From Alphaproteobacteria bacterium (GTDB lineage Bacteria; Pseudomonadota; Alphaproteobacteria; Bin95): 64,000 bases of DNA. Under the pieces are notes generated by a model. That model ran no database searches, was not told where the DNA came from, and saw only the letters and a list, made by a program, of their open reading frames with translations. Of this stretch, positions 10,435 through 23,157 are shown piece by piece. Every line of letters starts with the position of its first letter. Position 1 is the first letter of the stretch. The stretch spans positions 1,120,001 through 1,184,000 of the forward strand of contig CBDBGH010000003.1 in the NCBI GenBank assembly GCA_965205265.1. Reading direction: 5' to 3'. Position numbers and translations under genes: made by a program.

Positions 10435-12129
10435 ATGAAAACGAGTTTCACCAGATTGGCTCTGGCGGCCGGTCTCGGCGCGGCCGTTGCGGCTGGCGGC
10501 GTCGTGGCGGCGTCAGCGGAGGAGCCAAAGACGGGCGGCGTATTGCGCCTGGTCGTTGCCGGCAAGATTCCGTCCTATGACGGGCACCGGGAATCGACCT
10601 TCGCGATGATCCATCCGATCCGGCCGTTCTACAGCCTGCTGATCCGCGTCAACCCGGACGATCCGCAGTCGTCGGACTTCATTTGCGACCTTTGCGAAGG
10701 CGACGTGCCGGCACCGACCAACGACGGCAAGACCTACACGTTCAAGATCCGGCAGGGCGTCGAGTTCCACGACGGCACGCCGCTGACGGCGCACGACATC
10801 GTGGCGACCTACAACAAGATCGTGTTCCCGCCGGAAGGCATTCTGAGCAACCGCGTCAGCCGTTTCGCGATGGTGGACGCCATCTCGGCGCCGGACGACC
10901 ACACGGTCCAGTTCGACCTGAAATACGCCTCGCCGGGCTTCATCCCCATGGTCGCCACGCCGTTCAACTTCGTCTATGCGAAGAAGGATCTGGAACAGGC
11001 CGATCCCGACGGCAAGGACCCGCAATACGGGATGAAGTGGCACCAGAGCAACATCAACGGCACCGGTCCCTTCGTTTTCGTCGAGCACCAGCCCGGCTCG
11101 CATGTGCTGGGCAAGCGCTACGAGAAATACCATCATGAGGGCAAGCCCTATCTCGATGGCTTCAAGGCGATCTCCGCGCCGAAGATGTCGGTCCGCATCC
11201 AGGCGATTCGCGGCGGGCGCGCCGACATCGAGTTCCGAGGCTTCCCGCCGAAGGCCCGCGACGATCTCGTGAAAGCGCTGGGCGAGGACATCACCGTTCA
11301 GGAAAGCGCCTGGAACTGCACCTTCGGCTATGCCGGGAACCAGACGAAGCCGCTCTTCCAGGACAAGCGCGTCCGACAGGCGCTCACTCTTGCCCTCGAC
11401 CGTTGGGGCGCGTCCAGGTACCTCTCCAAGATCGCGATCGTGAAGACCGTCGGCGGCCTCGCCCTGCCGGGCCATCCGGTTGCGGCGGACGAGGAGACGC
11501 TCAAGTCCTATTACGGCTATTGGCCCGACATCAAGAAGAGTCGCGAGAAAGCGCGCGAACTTCTGAAGGAGGCCGGCGCCGAGGGCGCGTCGTTCAAGAT
11601 CTGGAACCGGGCCGTCGATCAGCCCTACAAAGCCGTCGGCACATGGATGATCGACCAGTGGCGGCAGATCGGCCTCAACGTGGAGCAGATCGTGGTTCCG
11701 ACCGGCCCGTGGATGGCTGGCCTTCGCGACCCGGAGCAGGAAGGCGCGGATGTGAATATCTGGCCGTCCTGCCAGAGCGTCGTGAACCCGATCGTCGATG
11801 CCGGCGCGTGGATTTCCAAGTCGCGCGCAGCGGACAATCGCGGCCATTACGAAGACGCGCAGCTCGACGAATGGTACGACCAGATGCAGCGGGAAGGCGA
11901 CCCGGCCAAGCAGGCGGAGCTGTACCGGAAGTTCGAGAAGCGCGTTCTCCACGACGAGGCGCATTTCGGGCAGATCCTGTGGTGGCATAAGATCAACCCG
12001 CACCGTTCCTATGTGAAGGGCTGGAAGATCGCGCCGTCCCACTATCTGAACCAGTCGCTGGACCAGGTGTGGCTCGACGTGTCTGACGAAGAGCGCAAGC
12101 AGCGCACCATGGACGAACTGGGCGGTTGA
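10435..12129 (+). CDS. ABC transporter substrate-binding protein (family 5)
   Basis: Signal peptide MKTSFTRLALAA...; TYTFKIRQGVEFHDGTPLTAHDIV; NGTGPF. Confidence 0.92.
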   Translation: MKTSFTRLALAAGLGAAVAAGGVVAASAEEPKTGGVLRLVVAGKIPSYDGHRESTFAMIHPIRPFYSLLIRVNPDDPQSSDFICDLCEGDVPAPTNDGKTYTFKIRQGVEFHDGTPLTAHDIVATYNKIVFPPEGILSNRVSRFAMVDAISAPDDHTVQFDLKYASPGFIPMVATPFNFVYAKKDLEQADPDGKDPQYGMKWHQSNINGTGPFVFVEHQPGSHVLGKRYEKYHHEGKPYLDGFKAISAPKMSVRIQAIRGGRADIEFRGFPPKARDDLVKALGEDITVQESAWNCTFGYAGNQTKPLFQDKRVRQALTLALDRWGASRYLSKIAIVKTVGGLALPGHPVAADEETLKSYYGYWPDIKKSREKARELLKEAGAEGASFKIWNRAVDQPYKAVGTWMIDQWRQIGLNVEQIVVPTGPWMAGLRDPEQEGADVNIWPSCQSVVNPIVDAGAWISKSRAADNRGHYEDAQLDEWYDQMQREGDPAKQAELYRKFEKRVLHDEAHFGQILWWHKINPHRSYVKGWKIAPSHYLNQSLDQVWLDVSDEERKQRTMDELGG

Positions 12130-12139
12130 TCGCCCTCTC

Positions 12140-12177
12140 GCGCCGCTCCGGGCAACCGGAGCGGCGCCTTCTCTCTT
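12140..12177 (+). terminator. Intercistronic hairpin (mRNA stabiliser or weak terminator) after the SBP gene
   Basis: gcgccgctccgg-GCAA-ccggagcggcgc 12-bp stem with GNRA loop followed by cttctctctt. Confidence 0.65.
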
Positions 12178-12191
12178 AGAGGCGTTCATTC

Positions 12192-13163
12192 ATGTACAAA
12201 TATGTCGTCAAGCGCCTGCTGCTGCTGATCCCGACCCTGTTGGGAGCGGCGATTCTGGTATTTCTGCTGCTGCGCGCCGTGCCGGGCGATGTTTGCCAGC
12301 TGCGGCTCGGCGGCGGCGGCGAGTTCATCGACCCGGCGGCGCTGGAGCAATGCAAGGTCCAACTCGGTCTCATGGACCCGCTGCATGTCCAGCTGGTGGA
12401 TTTCCTTACAGGATTCTTCACTTTCAACTTCGGCGAGTCGATGTGGACCGGGCGGCCCGTCGCCCTTGAAATCGGTTTGCGCTTCGAACTTTCGCTCCAG
12501 ATCGCCATCATGGCGACGCTGGTCTCCATCATCGTCGCCATTCCGCTGGGGACGATCTCGGCGATCAAGCAGAACACCTGGATCGACTATGTGGTCCGTA
12601 CGATCAGCATCGCAGGAATCGCTATTCCGTCCTTCTGGCTCGGCATCATCATCATCCTGGGCCTGCTGATTACGACCCAGGCCATGACCGGCGTGCCCTG
12701 GATGCCGCCCATCGACTACCGGCCCCTATGGGTAGATCCCGCCTACAACCTGTCGATGCTCATCTGGCCCGCGGTCGCCACCGGGTACCGCTATTCCGCC
12801 GTGGCGACACGCATGACGCGTTCTGCCTTGCTGGAGGTGCTGCGGGAGGACTATGTGCGCACCGCCCGGGCGAAGGGCCTGCTGGAGAAGATGATTATCA
12901 ACCGCCATGCACTGCGCAACTCGCTGCTGCCTGTGGTGACGATCATCGGTATCGAGTTCGCCTTCCTGATGGGCGGTCTTGTGGTGACCGAGCAGGTCTT
13001 CAACCTGAACGGCATCGGCAAGCTGTTCGTCGAATCCGTGACCAACCAGGACTATGTGATGACCCAGTCGCTGGTCATGCTGGTGGTCACGATTTTCGTC
13101 CTCGTCAACCTGGTGGTCGATATCCTCTACGCGGTGCTCGACCCGCGCATCCGCTACAGCTAG
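12192..13163 (+). CDS. Peptide ABC transporter permease (OppB-like)
   Basis: EDYVRTARAKGL...HALRN; LDPRIRY end. Confidence 0.93.
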   Translation: MYKYVVKRLLLLIPTLLGAAILVFLLLRAVPGDVCQLRLGGGGEFIDPAALEQCKVQLGLMDPLHVQLVDFLTGFFTFNFGESMWTGRPVALEIGLRFELSLQIAIMATLVSIIVAIPLGTISAIKQNTWIDYVVRTISIAGIAIPSFWLGIIIILGLLITTQAMTGVPWMPPIDYRPLWVDPAYNLSMLIWPAVATGYRYSAVATRMTRSALLEVLREDYVRTARAKGLLEKMIINRHALRNSLLPVVTIIGIEFAFLMGGLVVTEQVFNLNGIGKLFVESVTNQDYVMTQSLVMLVVTIFVLVNLVVDILYAVLDPRIRYS

Positions 13164-13176
13164 GAGGGCTTGACTC

Positions 13177-14085
13177 ATGGCGACTGTTTCCCAGGGCAGC
13201 CTTGCGGTAGCCATGTTCGAGGAGCCGGCGGCGTTCAAGCCTTGGCATGTCAAACTCCGCGAAACCGCGCGCAAGCAGCCGGTCGGCGTCGCCGGCGCGA
13301 TCATCGTGATGCTGATGATCCTGATGGCGGTTTTCGCCGACGTAGTAACGCCCTACGACCCGCTGCTGAATTCCTACGAATACATGCTGGTTCCGCCGGA
13401 TGCGAACTACATTTTCGGCACCGACATGCTCGGCCGCGATGTCTATTCGCGCATCGTTTACGGCGCCCGCACGGCGTTGTTCGTAGGCTTCGCCTCGGCG
13501 GCTGTCGGCGGCGTCCTCGGCCTTATCCTGGGCGTCTCCAGCGCCTATTTCGGCGGGTTGTTCGACCTCATCTTCCAGCGCGTCATGGATGTCTTCATGG
13601 CGTTCCCGCTGGTCATCATGGCGCTCGCGGTGGTGTCGATCCTCGGCACCGGCACAGAAAACGTGATCCTGGCGATCATCGTTCCCTTCGTGCCGAGATG
13701 CGCGCGCGTGGTGCGCTCCTCGGCGCTCCAGATCCGCGAAATCCCCTATATCGACGCGGCCAAGGCCTGCGGCTTCGGCCATACGCGCATCATCCTGCGC
13801 CACATGGCGCCGAATGTGATGGCGCCCTTCCTCATCATGGTCACGGCCTTTGTGGGGCAGGCGATCCTGACCGAGGCGTCGCTCTCCTATCTCGGCCTCG
13901 GCGTGCAGGAGCCGACGCCGGCCTGGGGGCTGATGCTGCAGGGCGGGGCGGAGGAGTTCGCCGAGACTGCGCCCTGGGTTGCCGTCTTCCCCGGCCTCGC
14001 GATCACGCTCGCCGTGTTCGGCTTCAACCTCTTCGGCGATGCGCTGCGCGACGTGCTCGACCCGAGGCTGCGCTCGTCGCAATAG
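13177..14085 (+). CDS. Peptide ABC transporter permease (OppC-like)
   Basis: FGTDMLGRDVYSR, EASLSYLGLG, GDALRDVLDP. Confidence 0.93.
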   Translation: MATVSQGSLAVAMFEEPAAFKPWHVKLRETARKQPVGVAGAIIVMLMILMAVFADVVTPYDPLLNSYEYMLVPPDANYIFGTDMLGRDVYSRIVYGARTALFVGFASAAVGGVLGLILGVSSAYFGGLFDLIFQRVMDVFMAFPLVIMALAVVSILGTGTENVILAIIVPFVPRCARVVRSSALQIREIPYIDAAKACGFGHTRIILRHMAPNVMAPFLIMVTAFVGQAILTEASLSYLGLGVQEPTPAWGLMLQGGAEEFAETAPWVAVFPGLAITLAVFGFNLFGDALRDVLDPRLRSSQ

Positions 14086-14124
14086 GCTGCCGGTGGCGGC
14101 CGGACACTGGCGGAGGACGCAGCC

Positions 14125-14517
14125 ATGCCCGAACGGGAAGAGTTTCGCGTGGAAGGCCTCAACGAGCCTATCAGCCACTACACGGATGCCGTGCGCTTCG
14201 GCGACCTGCTGTTCGTGTCCGGAATCGCGCCGGTGGACGAGAATCTCAACCTGGTCGGCGGAGATGATGTCGGCGCCCAGACCAGGCGGCTGTTCGAGAA
14301 CATGGACCGGATATTGCAGGCCGCCGGGGCTTCCTTCGCCGACATACTCAAGGTCACGGTCTATCTGACCGACGTGAACGACCGCCATGCGGTGGATGTC
14401 GTGCGGCGGGAGTTCTTCGGCGACGCCCGCCCCGCCAGCACGCTCATCGGCATCGCAGAGCTCGCCGTGCCCGGAATGAAGGTCGAGATCGACGCCGTGG
14501 CCGGACTGCGGGGTTGA
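14125..14517 (+). CDS. RidA/YjgF-family protein
   Basis: LLFVSG...KVTVYLTD...RPASTLI...VEIDAVA. Confidence 0.9.
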   Translation: MPEREEFRVEGLNEPISHYTDAVRFGDLLFVSGIAPVDENLNLVGGDDVGAQTRRLFENMDRILQAAGASFADILKVTVYLTDVNDRHAVDVVRREFFGDARPASTLIGIAELAVPGMKVEIDAVAGLRG

Positions 14518-14534
14518 ATTCGATTGCTTCCGGG

Positions 14535-15470
14535 TCAGGAGGACGGCGGCTCCAGCACCAGCTTTCCGACGAAGCCCTTGGCCAGGAACATTTCCTGGAC
14601 TTCGGCGATCCGGGCGAGCGGGAAAACCCCGGAAACGACGGGACGGATTTCGCCGCGTTCGATGTAACGGACCAGGTTCTCGAACACGATGTCCTCCTGA
14701 AAGGTGCAGCCGAAGAACGACAGGTCCTTCAGGTAGAGCGTGCGCAGGTCCAGTTCGACGGCCGGCCCGGCTATCGCCCCGGCGCAGGCGTAGCGGCCGC
14801 CGCGCCGCAGCAGGCCGAGCAGTGCGGGCCACGCCGTCCCCGCCACCAGGTCGATAACGACATCGACGGAGTCCGGCCCGAGTTCGGCAAGGAGGTCCGC
14901 ATTGCGGTCGACAACCCGGTGGGCGCCTATCCTGCGAATCTCCTCCGCCTTGGCCCGGGCCGCCACGGCGATGACATGGGCGCCCCGGCGCCGGGCGAGT
15001 TGCACCGCGGCCGACCCGACCCCGCCTGAAGCCCCGGTCACCAGCACGCGCTCCGCGCCCAGGGCGGCCCGGTGCAGCATGTTTTCGGCCGTGGACCAGG
15101 AACAGGGAATCGACGCGAGTTCGGCGTCCGTCCAGTCGCACCGCACGCGGAAGGTTTCCGAAGCGGGCGCCCTGGCGAATTGCGCGAACGCGCCGTCGCA
15201 TTCGGACCCGAAGGTCCAGCACTCGAACGGGCGCCGGCCGGCATAGCTGCGCAGCATGGTCTTGACGATGACGCGGTCCCCGATCCGGCCGGCATCCACC
15301 CCGTCGCCGACCGCCACGATCCTGCCGCAGCAGTCGGCGCCCTGAATCCGGGGAAAGGCCATCGGCCGGCCGGACCATGTCGCATCGTCGCGGTCGATCC
15401 CGTCGAAGCCCCTTGAGCCGCCGTCTCCCGTGGCGGCGTTCACCCTCTTCGAATACCAGCCGATGCGGGT
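14535..15470 (-). pseudogene. MDR (zinc-type alcohol dehydrogenase/quinone oxidoreductase family) gene, 3' fragment, interrupted by IS21
   Basis: TRIGWYS...FPRIQGAD...VLVTGASGGVG; joins in frame to 18262-18429 once the IS and one TSD copy are removed. Confidence 0.9.
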
Positions 15471-15652
15471 TGCGGCGCGACAATCAGCTTGAGACGCTGG
15501 CGACAATCAGGATGAGACGGGGGAAGGCGGCGGCCCGGAACGGAGGGAGGGCGTAGCCCGACCGGAGTTCCGGGCCGCCGCCTCAAAAAATTTTTCCTGG
15601 ACCTTCTGGCGGGGTCGGTCGGCTGGGCGAACGGTGACGTTTTTCCGAGTAG

Positions 15653-18000
<2,348 letters not shown>

Positions 18001-18261
18001 ACCGCTGCCGCCAGATCGGCCCAGCGGCCACAACACTCACGGCCCGCGGGAATCGCCTCCGCGGGCCGTCTCTTCTCCGACCCGACGGCCCCCCCGCGAC
18101 AATCAAAACGCTCTCCGAAAACCTTGTTTGTCGCGCCGCGACAATCAAAATCCGAAACCGCTTGCAATCCGCGCCCCGCGCGACAATCATCAACTCGCCG
18201 ATGCCGCCGGGGAATCTCATCCTGATTGACGCGCGGCTCTCACCCAGATTGTCGCGCTATA

Positions 18262-18429
18262 GCGGGTGTTGATGTCGGTATTGTTCACCCCGGCGGCGCC
18301 AACCTCGATCAGCACGTCGCCGGGGCCGGGCTCCGGCGTCGGAACATCCTCGCGGAGCTCGAGGACGTCCGGTCCTCCGTGGCCGGTCAACAGCACCGCG
18401 GTCATGCGCGGCGGAATCGCCCGGTTCAC
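18262..18429 (-). pseudogene. MDR dehydrogenase gene, 5' fragment
   Basis: GTG start overlapping the pyrC-like stop; MTAVLLTGHGGPDVL...VGAAGVNNTDINTR. Confidence 0.9.
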
Positions 18430-19730
18430 GTTCGCTGCCCGCCGGCCTTGAACACCGTCCGCCCGTCCACGACGGTGCGGAGCACCCGGCCCTGGACCGG
18501 GCGGCGGTCGAAGGGCGAGTTCCTGGATTTGCTGCGGAAGGCGTCCGCCTCGATGCGCCCCGGAATATCGGGGTCGAAGACCACGACATCGCCTGCCCGG
18601 CCCGGGGCCAGACGGCCAAGCGGCAGGCCCAGCAGGTCCGCCGGAGCCGAAGTCAACTTCTCCAGCACGTCGAGCAGCGCCATATGGCCGTTGTGGTAGA
18701 GCTCCAGCGAGAGCGGCAGCAGGCTCTCCAGCCCGACGATGCCGGGCTCCGCATCGCCGAAGGGCAGGCGTTTCGATTCCTGGTCCTGCGGGTCGTGGTC
18801 GCTCGCTATGGCGTCGATGGTGCCGTCGGCCAGCGCTTCCACCACGGCGCGCCGGTCGGCCTCGGACCGGAGCGGCGGGGAGACCTTGCCGAATGTCCGG
18901 TATTCGCCGATGGCGGTCTCGTTGAGCGCGAAATAATGCGGGGCCGTGTCGCAGGTGACCCGCCAGCCCTCGCGCTTGGCCCGGCGGATGAGCGTAAGCC
19001 CCTCTGCGGTGGTAACATGGGCCGCGTGGTAGCGCCCGCCGGTCAGCGCAACCAGGCGCAGGTCCCGGTCGATCATCATCGCTTCCGCAGCGGCGGGAAT
19101 TCCGGGCAGGCCGAGGCGGGTCGCGATCTCGCCTTCGGTCACCACGCCGCCCCTTGCCAGTTCGGGCTCTTCCGGGTGCTGCACGATGAGCGCATCGAAG
19201 GCCTGCGCATAGGAGAGCGCCCTGCGCATTACGCGGGCGCTGGAGACCGCGCGCAGCCCGTCGGTGAAGGCGAGCGCGCCCGCGTCCTTCAGCATGCCGA
19301 GCTCCGTCAGCTGCTCGCCCTTGAGGCCGCGCGTGAGGGCTCCGTAGGCGAACACCTTGACCCGCCGGACCTCGCGCGCGCGCCGGGCGATGAACTCGAC
19401 GACATTCACGTCGTCGATCACCGGCGAGGTGTTGGGCAGGGCGACGACGGCGGTGACGCCGCCGGCTGCCGCCGCCAGGCTGCCGCTGTCGATGGTCTCC
19501 TTGTGCTCGCCGCCGGGTTCGCCCAGCTGCACCCGCATGTCCACAAGGCCGGGCGCGGCGCAGGCGCCTTCGCAGTCGATGACGGCCGCGCCCTCCGGCG
19601 CCGATCCGGCGGCGACCTCCGGGCCGATTGCGGCAATCCTGCCGTCCTCGATCAGGATGCCGCCGGGCGCGTCCAGCCGCGTCGCCGGGTCCAGCAACCG
19701 GGCGTTGACGAGCGCCGTGCGCCTGGTCAT
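18426..19730 (-). CDS. pyrC: Dihydroorotase-like protein (PyrC'/PyrX-type; first HxH motif absent)
   Basis: [15 protein letters not shown]...ETI...GGVT...PNTSP; KVSPPLR; IASDHDP; NSPFD; directly downstream of pyrB. Confidence 0.88.
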   Translation of the reverse strand: MTRRTALVNARLLDPATRLDAPGGILIEDGRIAAIGPEVAAGSAPEGAAVIDCEGACAAPGLVDMRVQLGEPGGEHKETIDSGSLAAAAGGVTAVVALPNTSPVIDDVNVVEFIARRAREVRRVKVFAYGALTRGLKGEQLTELGMLKDAGALAFTDGLRAVSSARVMRRALSYAQAFDALIVQHPEEPELARGGVVTEGEIATRLGLPGIPAAAEAMMIDRDLRLVALTGGRYHAAHVTTAEGLTLIRRAKREGWRVTCDTAPHYFALNETAIGEYRTFGKVSPPLRSEADRRAVVEALADGTIDAIASDHDPQDQESKRLPFGDAEPGIVGLESLLPLSLELYHNGHMALLDVLEKLTSAPADLLGLPLGRLAPGRAGDVVVFDPDIPGRIEADAFRSKSRNSPFDRRPVQGRVLRTVVDGRTVFKAGGQRT

Positions 19731-20692
19731 GCGGCCTCGGCGCGGTTCGACTGCAGCTTGCGCGTCAGGAGGTCGAGGCAGGCCATGCGGACCGCGACGC
19801 CCATCTCCACCTGCTCCTGGATCAGCGAGCGGTGGATGTCGTCGGCCACGTCGCTGTCGATCTCCACGCCCCGGTTCATCGGCCCGGGATGCATCACCAG
19901 CGCATCCGGCCGGGCCGCCGCCAGCTTGCGGGCGTCGAGGCCGAAGAAGTGGAAATACTCCCGCACGGACGGCACGAAGCTGCCCTGCATCCGCTCCGTC
20001 TGGAGGCGCAACATCATCACGATGTCCACGCCGTCGAGGCCGGCCTGCATGTCGTGGAAGACCTCGACGCCGAAGCGGTACATCTCGGCCGGCAGCAGGG
20101 TGGGCGGCGCCACGACCCGCACGCGCGTGCCCATGGCGTTGAAGAGGTGGATGTTCGAGCGCGCGACGCGGCTGTGCATGATGTCGCCGCAAATCGCGAC
20201 CGTGAGGCCGGAGAGGCCGCCGAGGCGCCGGCGGATCGTCAGCGCGTCGAGCAGGGCCTGGGTCGGGTGCTCGTGCCAGCCGTCGCCGGCGTTGATGACC
20301 GCCCCGTCCACCTTCTCCGACAGCAGGTGGACGGCGCCGGACTGCGGGTGGCGGACCACCAGCAGGTCGGGCCGCATGGCGTTGAGCGTGAGCGCCGTGT
20401 CGAGCAGCGTCTCTCCCTTCTTGATCGCGCTGATGTCGGGGGAGATGTTGATGACATCGGCGCCGAGCCGCTTGCCGGCCAGTTCGAAACTGGTGCGGGT
20501 GCGCGTCGAGGTCTCGAAGAAGACGTTGATGACGGTGCGCCCCTTCAGCACCGCGACCTTCTTGTCGTCGCGCCGGCTCTGCTCGACATAGCTCTCGGAC
20601 AGGTCCAGCAGGGCCGAAATCTCGCCGGGCGCAAGGCCCTCTATGCCAAGCAGGTGACGATGCGGGTAGCTGTATGGAGCGGCATCGGCCAT
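19727..20692 (-). CDS. pyrB: Aspartate carbamoyltransferase catalytic subunit
   Basis: [53 protein letters not shown]. Confidence 0.97.
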   Translation of the reverse strand: MADAAPYSYPHRHLLGIEGLAPGEISALLDLSESYVEQSRRDDKKVAVLKGRTVINVFFETSTRTRTSFELAGKRLGADVINISPDISAIKKGETLLDTALTLNAMRPDLLVVRHPQSGAVHLLSEKVDGAVINAGDGWHEHPTQALLDALTIRRRLGGLSGLTVAICGDIMHSRVARSNIHLFNAMGTRVRVVAPPTLLPAEMYRFGVEVFHDMQAGLDGVDIVMMLRLQTERMQGSFVPSVREYFHFFGLDARKLAAARPDALVMHPGPMNRGVEIDSDVADDIHRSLIQEQVEMGVAVRMACLDLLTRKLQSNRAEAA

Positions 20693-20783
20693 AAAGCGGC
20701 TTTGTGCGGGGGATTCGGGCAACGATCAAGGGTCCGCCCGTCCGGGACTGTGGATGAATCGCGCGAGCGGGAGGCGCCGGCCG

Positions 20784-22025
20784 ATGGACATGCGTTTGAC
20801 GCCGTTTCAGCAGGAGCTGGTGGACAGGGCGCGCCGCCTGGCGGTGGAGCGGTTCGCACCGCGCGCCGCCGCGCTCGACCGCGAGGCGGCCTTTCCCTTC
20901 GAGGACTATGACGACCTGAGGGAAGAAGGGTTGCTGGCGCTCTGCATCCCGGAGGCGCATGGCGGGCTCGGCGCGGATTTCGAGACCTATTGCCTGGTCG
21001 CCGAGCAGATCGCGCGCGGCAACGCCTCCACGGCGCTCACTTACAACATGCACTGCCTCACCATGATGCTGATGGGCGAGATGGCGGACCGGTACGGCAT
21101 GCCGGCGGAGAAGCGCGCCCGCCATGAGCGCCTCCGCGCGGAGAAGTTCCGCGAGGTGGTGGAGGAGGGCGTGTTCTACGGCCAGCCGCACAGCGAGCCG
21201 GTGGAGGAAGGCGAGACCGACACGGCCTTCAGCGTCGGCGGGCGGCGGTTCGGCACCGAGGCGCGGAAGGTGGAGGGCGGCTACCGCGTGACGGGGCGCA
21301 AATTCTTCGTTTCGCTCTCGGACGCGGCGGACTATTTCGCAACGCCGGCGATCCTGGTGGACGAGGGGAAGCTGACCTGGCTGGAGCGCACGCTTTACCT
21401 CAAGGTGCCGCGCGATGCCGAAGGGGTCGCCTTCGAGGGCGAGTGGGACCCGATCGGCATGCGCGCCACGGTGAGCCGCGAGATGCACCTCCGGGACGTG
21501 TTCGTGCCCGACAGCGGCGACATCCTGCCGCCCGGCGTGTTCGGCGGCCTGTATCTGACCGCCTCGCACGCCCCGATGGGCTTCTCCGCGACTTTCCTGG
21601 GGCTCGCGGTCGAAGCTGCGGAAACCGCGCTCGCCTATCTGCAGGGCGGGCTTGCGGGCGCGCCCGGCCGGTCGAGCGTATCGCCTTCCGCCAGCAACGG
21701 GGTCTCCGAGATGCTCCTGAAGCTGGAGGCCACGCGCTCGCTCTTCTACCACGCCGTCTCGGAGGCGAAGCTGCCGCCGACGCCGGAGACCCGTCAGCGC
21801 GCCCGCGCCGCGCATGTCACGGTGCAGCGCAATGCCGTGGAGATAACCTCGCTCGCCATGCGGGTCTGCGGCGGCCGCGCGATCCTCAAGCGCTTCCCGC
21901 TGGAGCGCCACCTCCGCGACGCCCGTGCCGCCTCCGTCATGCGCCCCTGGACGCTGGACATCGTCACGGAAGAACTCTGGAACGCGGCCTTGGCCCCGGA
22001 GGCAGAGAACGCACAAGGCGATTAG
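20784..22025 (+). CDS. Acyl-CoA dehydrogenase-superfamily flavoprotein
   Basis: IPEAHGGLGAD, VTGRKFF, WDPIGMRATVS, LERHLRDARA; lacks the usual C-terminal EG motif. Confidence 0.82.
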   Translation: MDMRLTPFQQELVDRARRLAVERFAPRAAALDREAAFPFEDYDDLREEGLLALCIPEAHGGLGADFETYCLVAEQIARGNASTALTYNMHCLTMMLMGEMADRYGMPAEKRARHERLRAEKFREVVEEGVFYGQPHSEPVEEGETDTAFSVGGRRFGTEARKVEGGYRVTGRKFFVSLSDAADYFATPAILVDEGKLTWLERTLYLKVPRDAEGVAFEGEWDPIGMRATVSREMHLRDVFVPDSGDILPPGVFGGLYLTASHAPMGFSATFLGLAVEAAETALAYLQGGLAGAPGRSSVSPSASNGVSEMLLKLEATRSLFYHAVSEAKLPPTPETRQRARAAHVTVQRNAVEITSLAMRVCGGRAILKRFPLERHLRDARAASVMRPWTLDIVTEELWNAALAPEAENAQGD

Positions 22026-22146
22026 TGCAGAGCCCGTTCCGATGAAACCGTATTTCGCTCCGGGCCCGAAAATATCGGCCCGGACGCCCGCAGGGCGAGC
22101 CGGGGCCTCGTGCGGCCGGAGCGGGCGTCCCGAGGTCCCGAATCGA

Positions 22147-22170
22147 CCCCGGATCGGGGTCCGGGGCAGG
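22147..22170. repeat. Short REP-like palindrome (CCTGCCCCGGA...TCCGGGG type) in a GC-rich structured spacer
   Basis: ccccggatcggggtccggggcagg; arms ccccgga/tccgggg. Confidence 0.5.
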
Positions 22171-22311
22171 CTGCTCCGCGCCGACCGGGACGACGCCGGG
22201 AGTTTGCGTGGAGTGGGCCCCATGGTCCGGACAGTTTCAAGCGGCGTTTTTGACAGGTGTGTGGTTTTGTTTCTCCTCGAAGTGTTTTGGGCTGAGATAT
22301 CCGAGAGCAGA

Positions 22312-22893
22312 GTGCAGGCGTCTGTTGTTGTAGCTGTCGATGAAGCGCGGCAGGTGTTGAGCGACGTCCTAGTTGCTTTGAACGACAAGGAACTGATCGG
22401 TCGGACGCGGTTGCAGAAGACGATCTATCTTCTTGACCGTTGCGGGGCGGATTTCGGGTTGCCGTTCGAATATTACCGCTACGGCCCCTATTCCTTCGAG
22501 CTTGTCGGAGGCCTGAACGATGCGTTGGCGGACGAGCGTATCGATGTCGAGGAAAGGCCGGGGCGCCACAAGGTGCGTTATGCGGTCTTCAGGACGGACG
22601 CAGAACGGCCGGAAGCCTTGGGGAACCTTCTGGCCGAACAGGCCGTTTCCCTGCTGGGCCGGATGAAATACGTTTCCGACTTCGTTCTGGAGCTCGCCGC
22701 GACCATCGTTTTCCTGCGGGACGAATGGCACTATTACGGCAAGAACAAGGTTGCCACCGCCGACGCAATGGATGCGGCTGTCGAGGAAACGAAAAGGCGC
22801 AAATCGCTCAAGGCGACGCCGGAGCGGCTTGAAAAGGCGCTGGCCTTGCTGGACGATCTCGGCCTTGCGGACGCTCCGGCCGGACAAAAATAG
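22312..22893 (+). CDS. YwgA-like winged-helix protein
   Basis: GRTRLQKTIYLL...FEYYRYGPYSFEL...LELAATIVF pattern of the YwgA/DUF4065-like family; start uncertain. Confidence 0.6.
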   Translation: MQASVVVAVDEARQVLSDVLVALNDKELIGRTRLQKTIYLLDRCGADFGLPFEYYRYGPYSFELVGGLNDALADERIDVEERPGRHKVRYAVFRTDAERPEALGNLLAEQAVSLLGRMKYVSDFVLELAATIVFLRDEWHYYGKNKVATADAMDAAVEETKRRKSLKATPERLEKALALLDDLGLADAPAGQK

Positions 22894-22901
22894 CTCGTCC
22901 C

Positions 22902-23150
22902 TCACCCTCCGCCAATGCGGGGCAGGAGATAGACTTCGGCGCCTTCGGGGATTGGGGCGGTCAGGTCGTCCTGGTGCATCACGCCGTCTATGGCGACGGC
23001 CATGCTTTCCTCGACTTGGCGGCCGAGACCCGGAAAGCGCGCGTCCAGATCCCGGACCAGGCCTCTTATGCTGGTTGCGTCCGACTCCAGCTCGGCCATG
23101 CCGCCCGTGTATTGGCGGCAGGCCGAGTGGGTCAGGACGATGCGCGCCAA
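22902..23150 (-). CDS. MoaD/ThiS-family sulfur-carrier protein
   Basis: 82 aa ubiquitin-like pattern, C-terminal LLPRIGGG. Confidence 0.85.
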   Translation of the reverse strand: MARIVLTHSACRQYTGGMAELESDATSIRGLVRDLDARFPGLGRQVEESMAVAIDGVMHQDDLTAPIPEGAEVYLLPRIGGG

Positions 23151-23157
23151 GGCGGGG

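Noticed and set aside
18426-22388. 1320-aa ORF as a giant fusion protein
   Set aside because: Only the last 434 aa are the dihydroorotase-like protein; the rest overlaps pyrB in another frame and is antisense to an acyl-CoA dehydrogenase gene, an artefact of high GC
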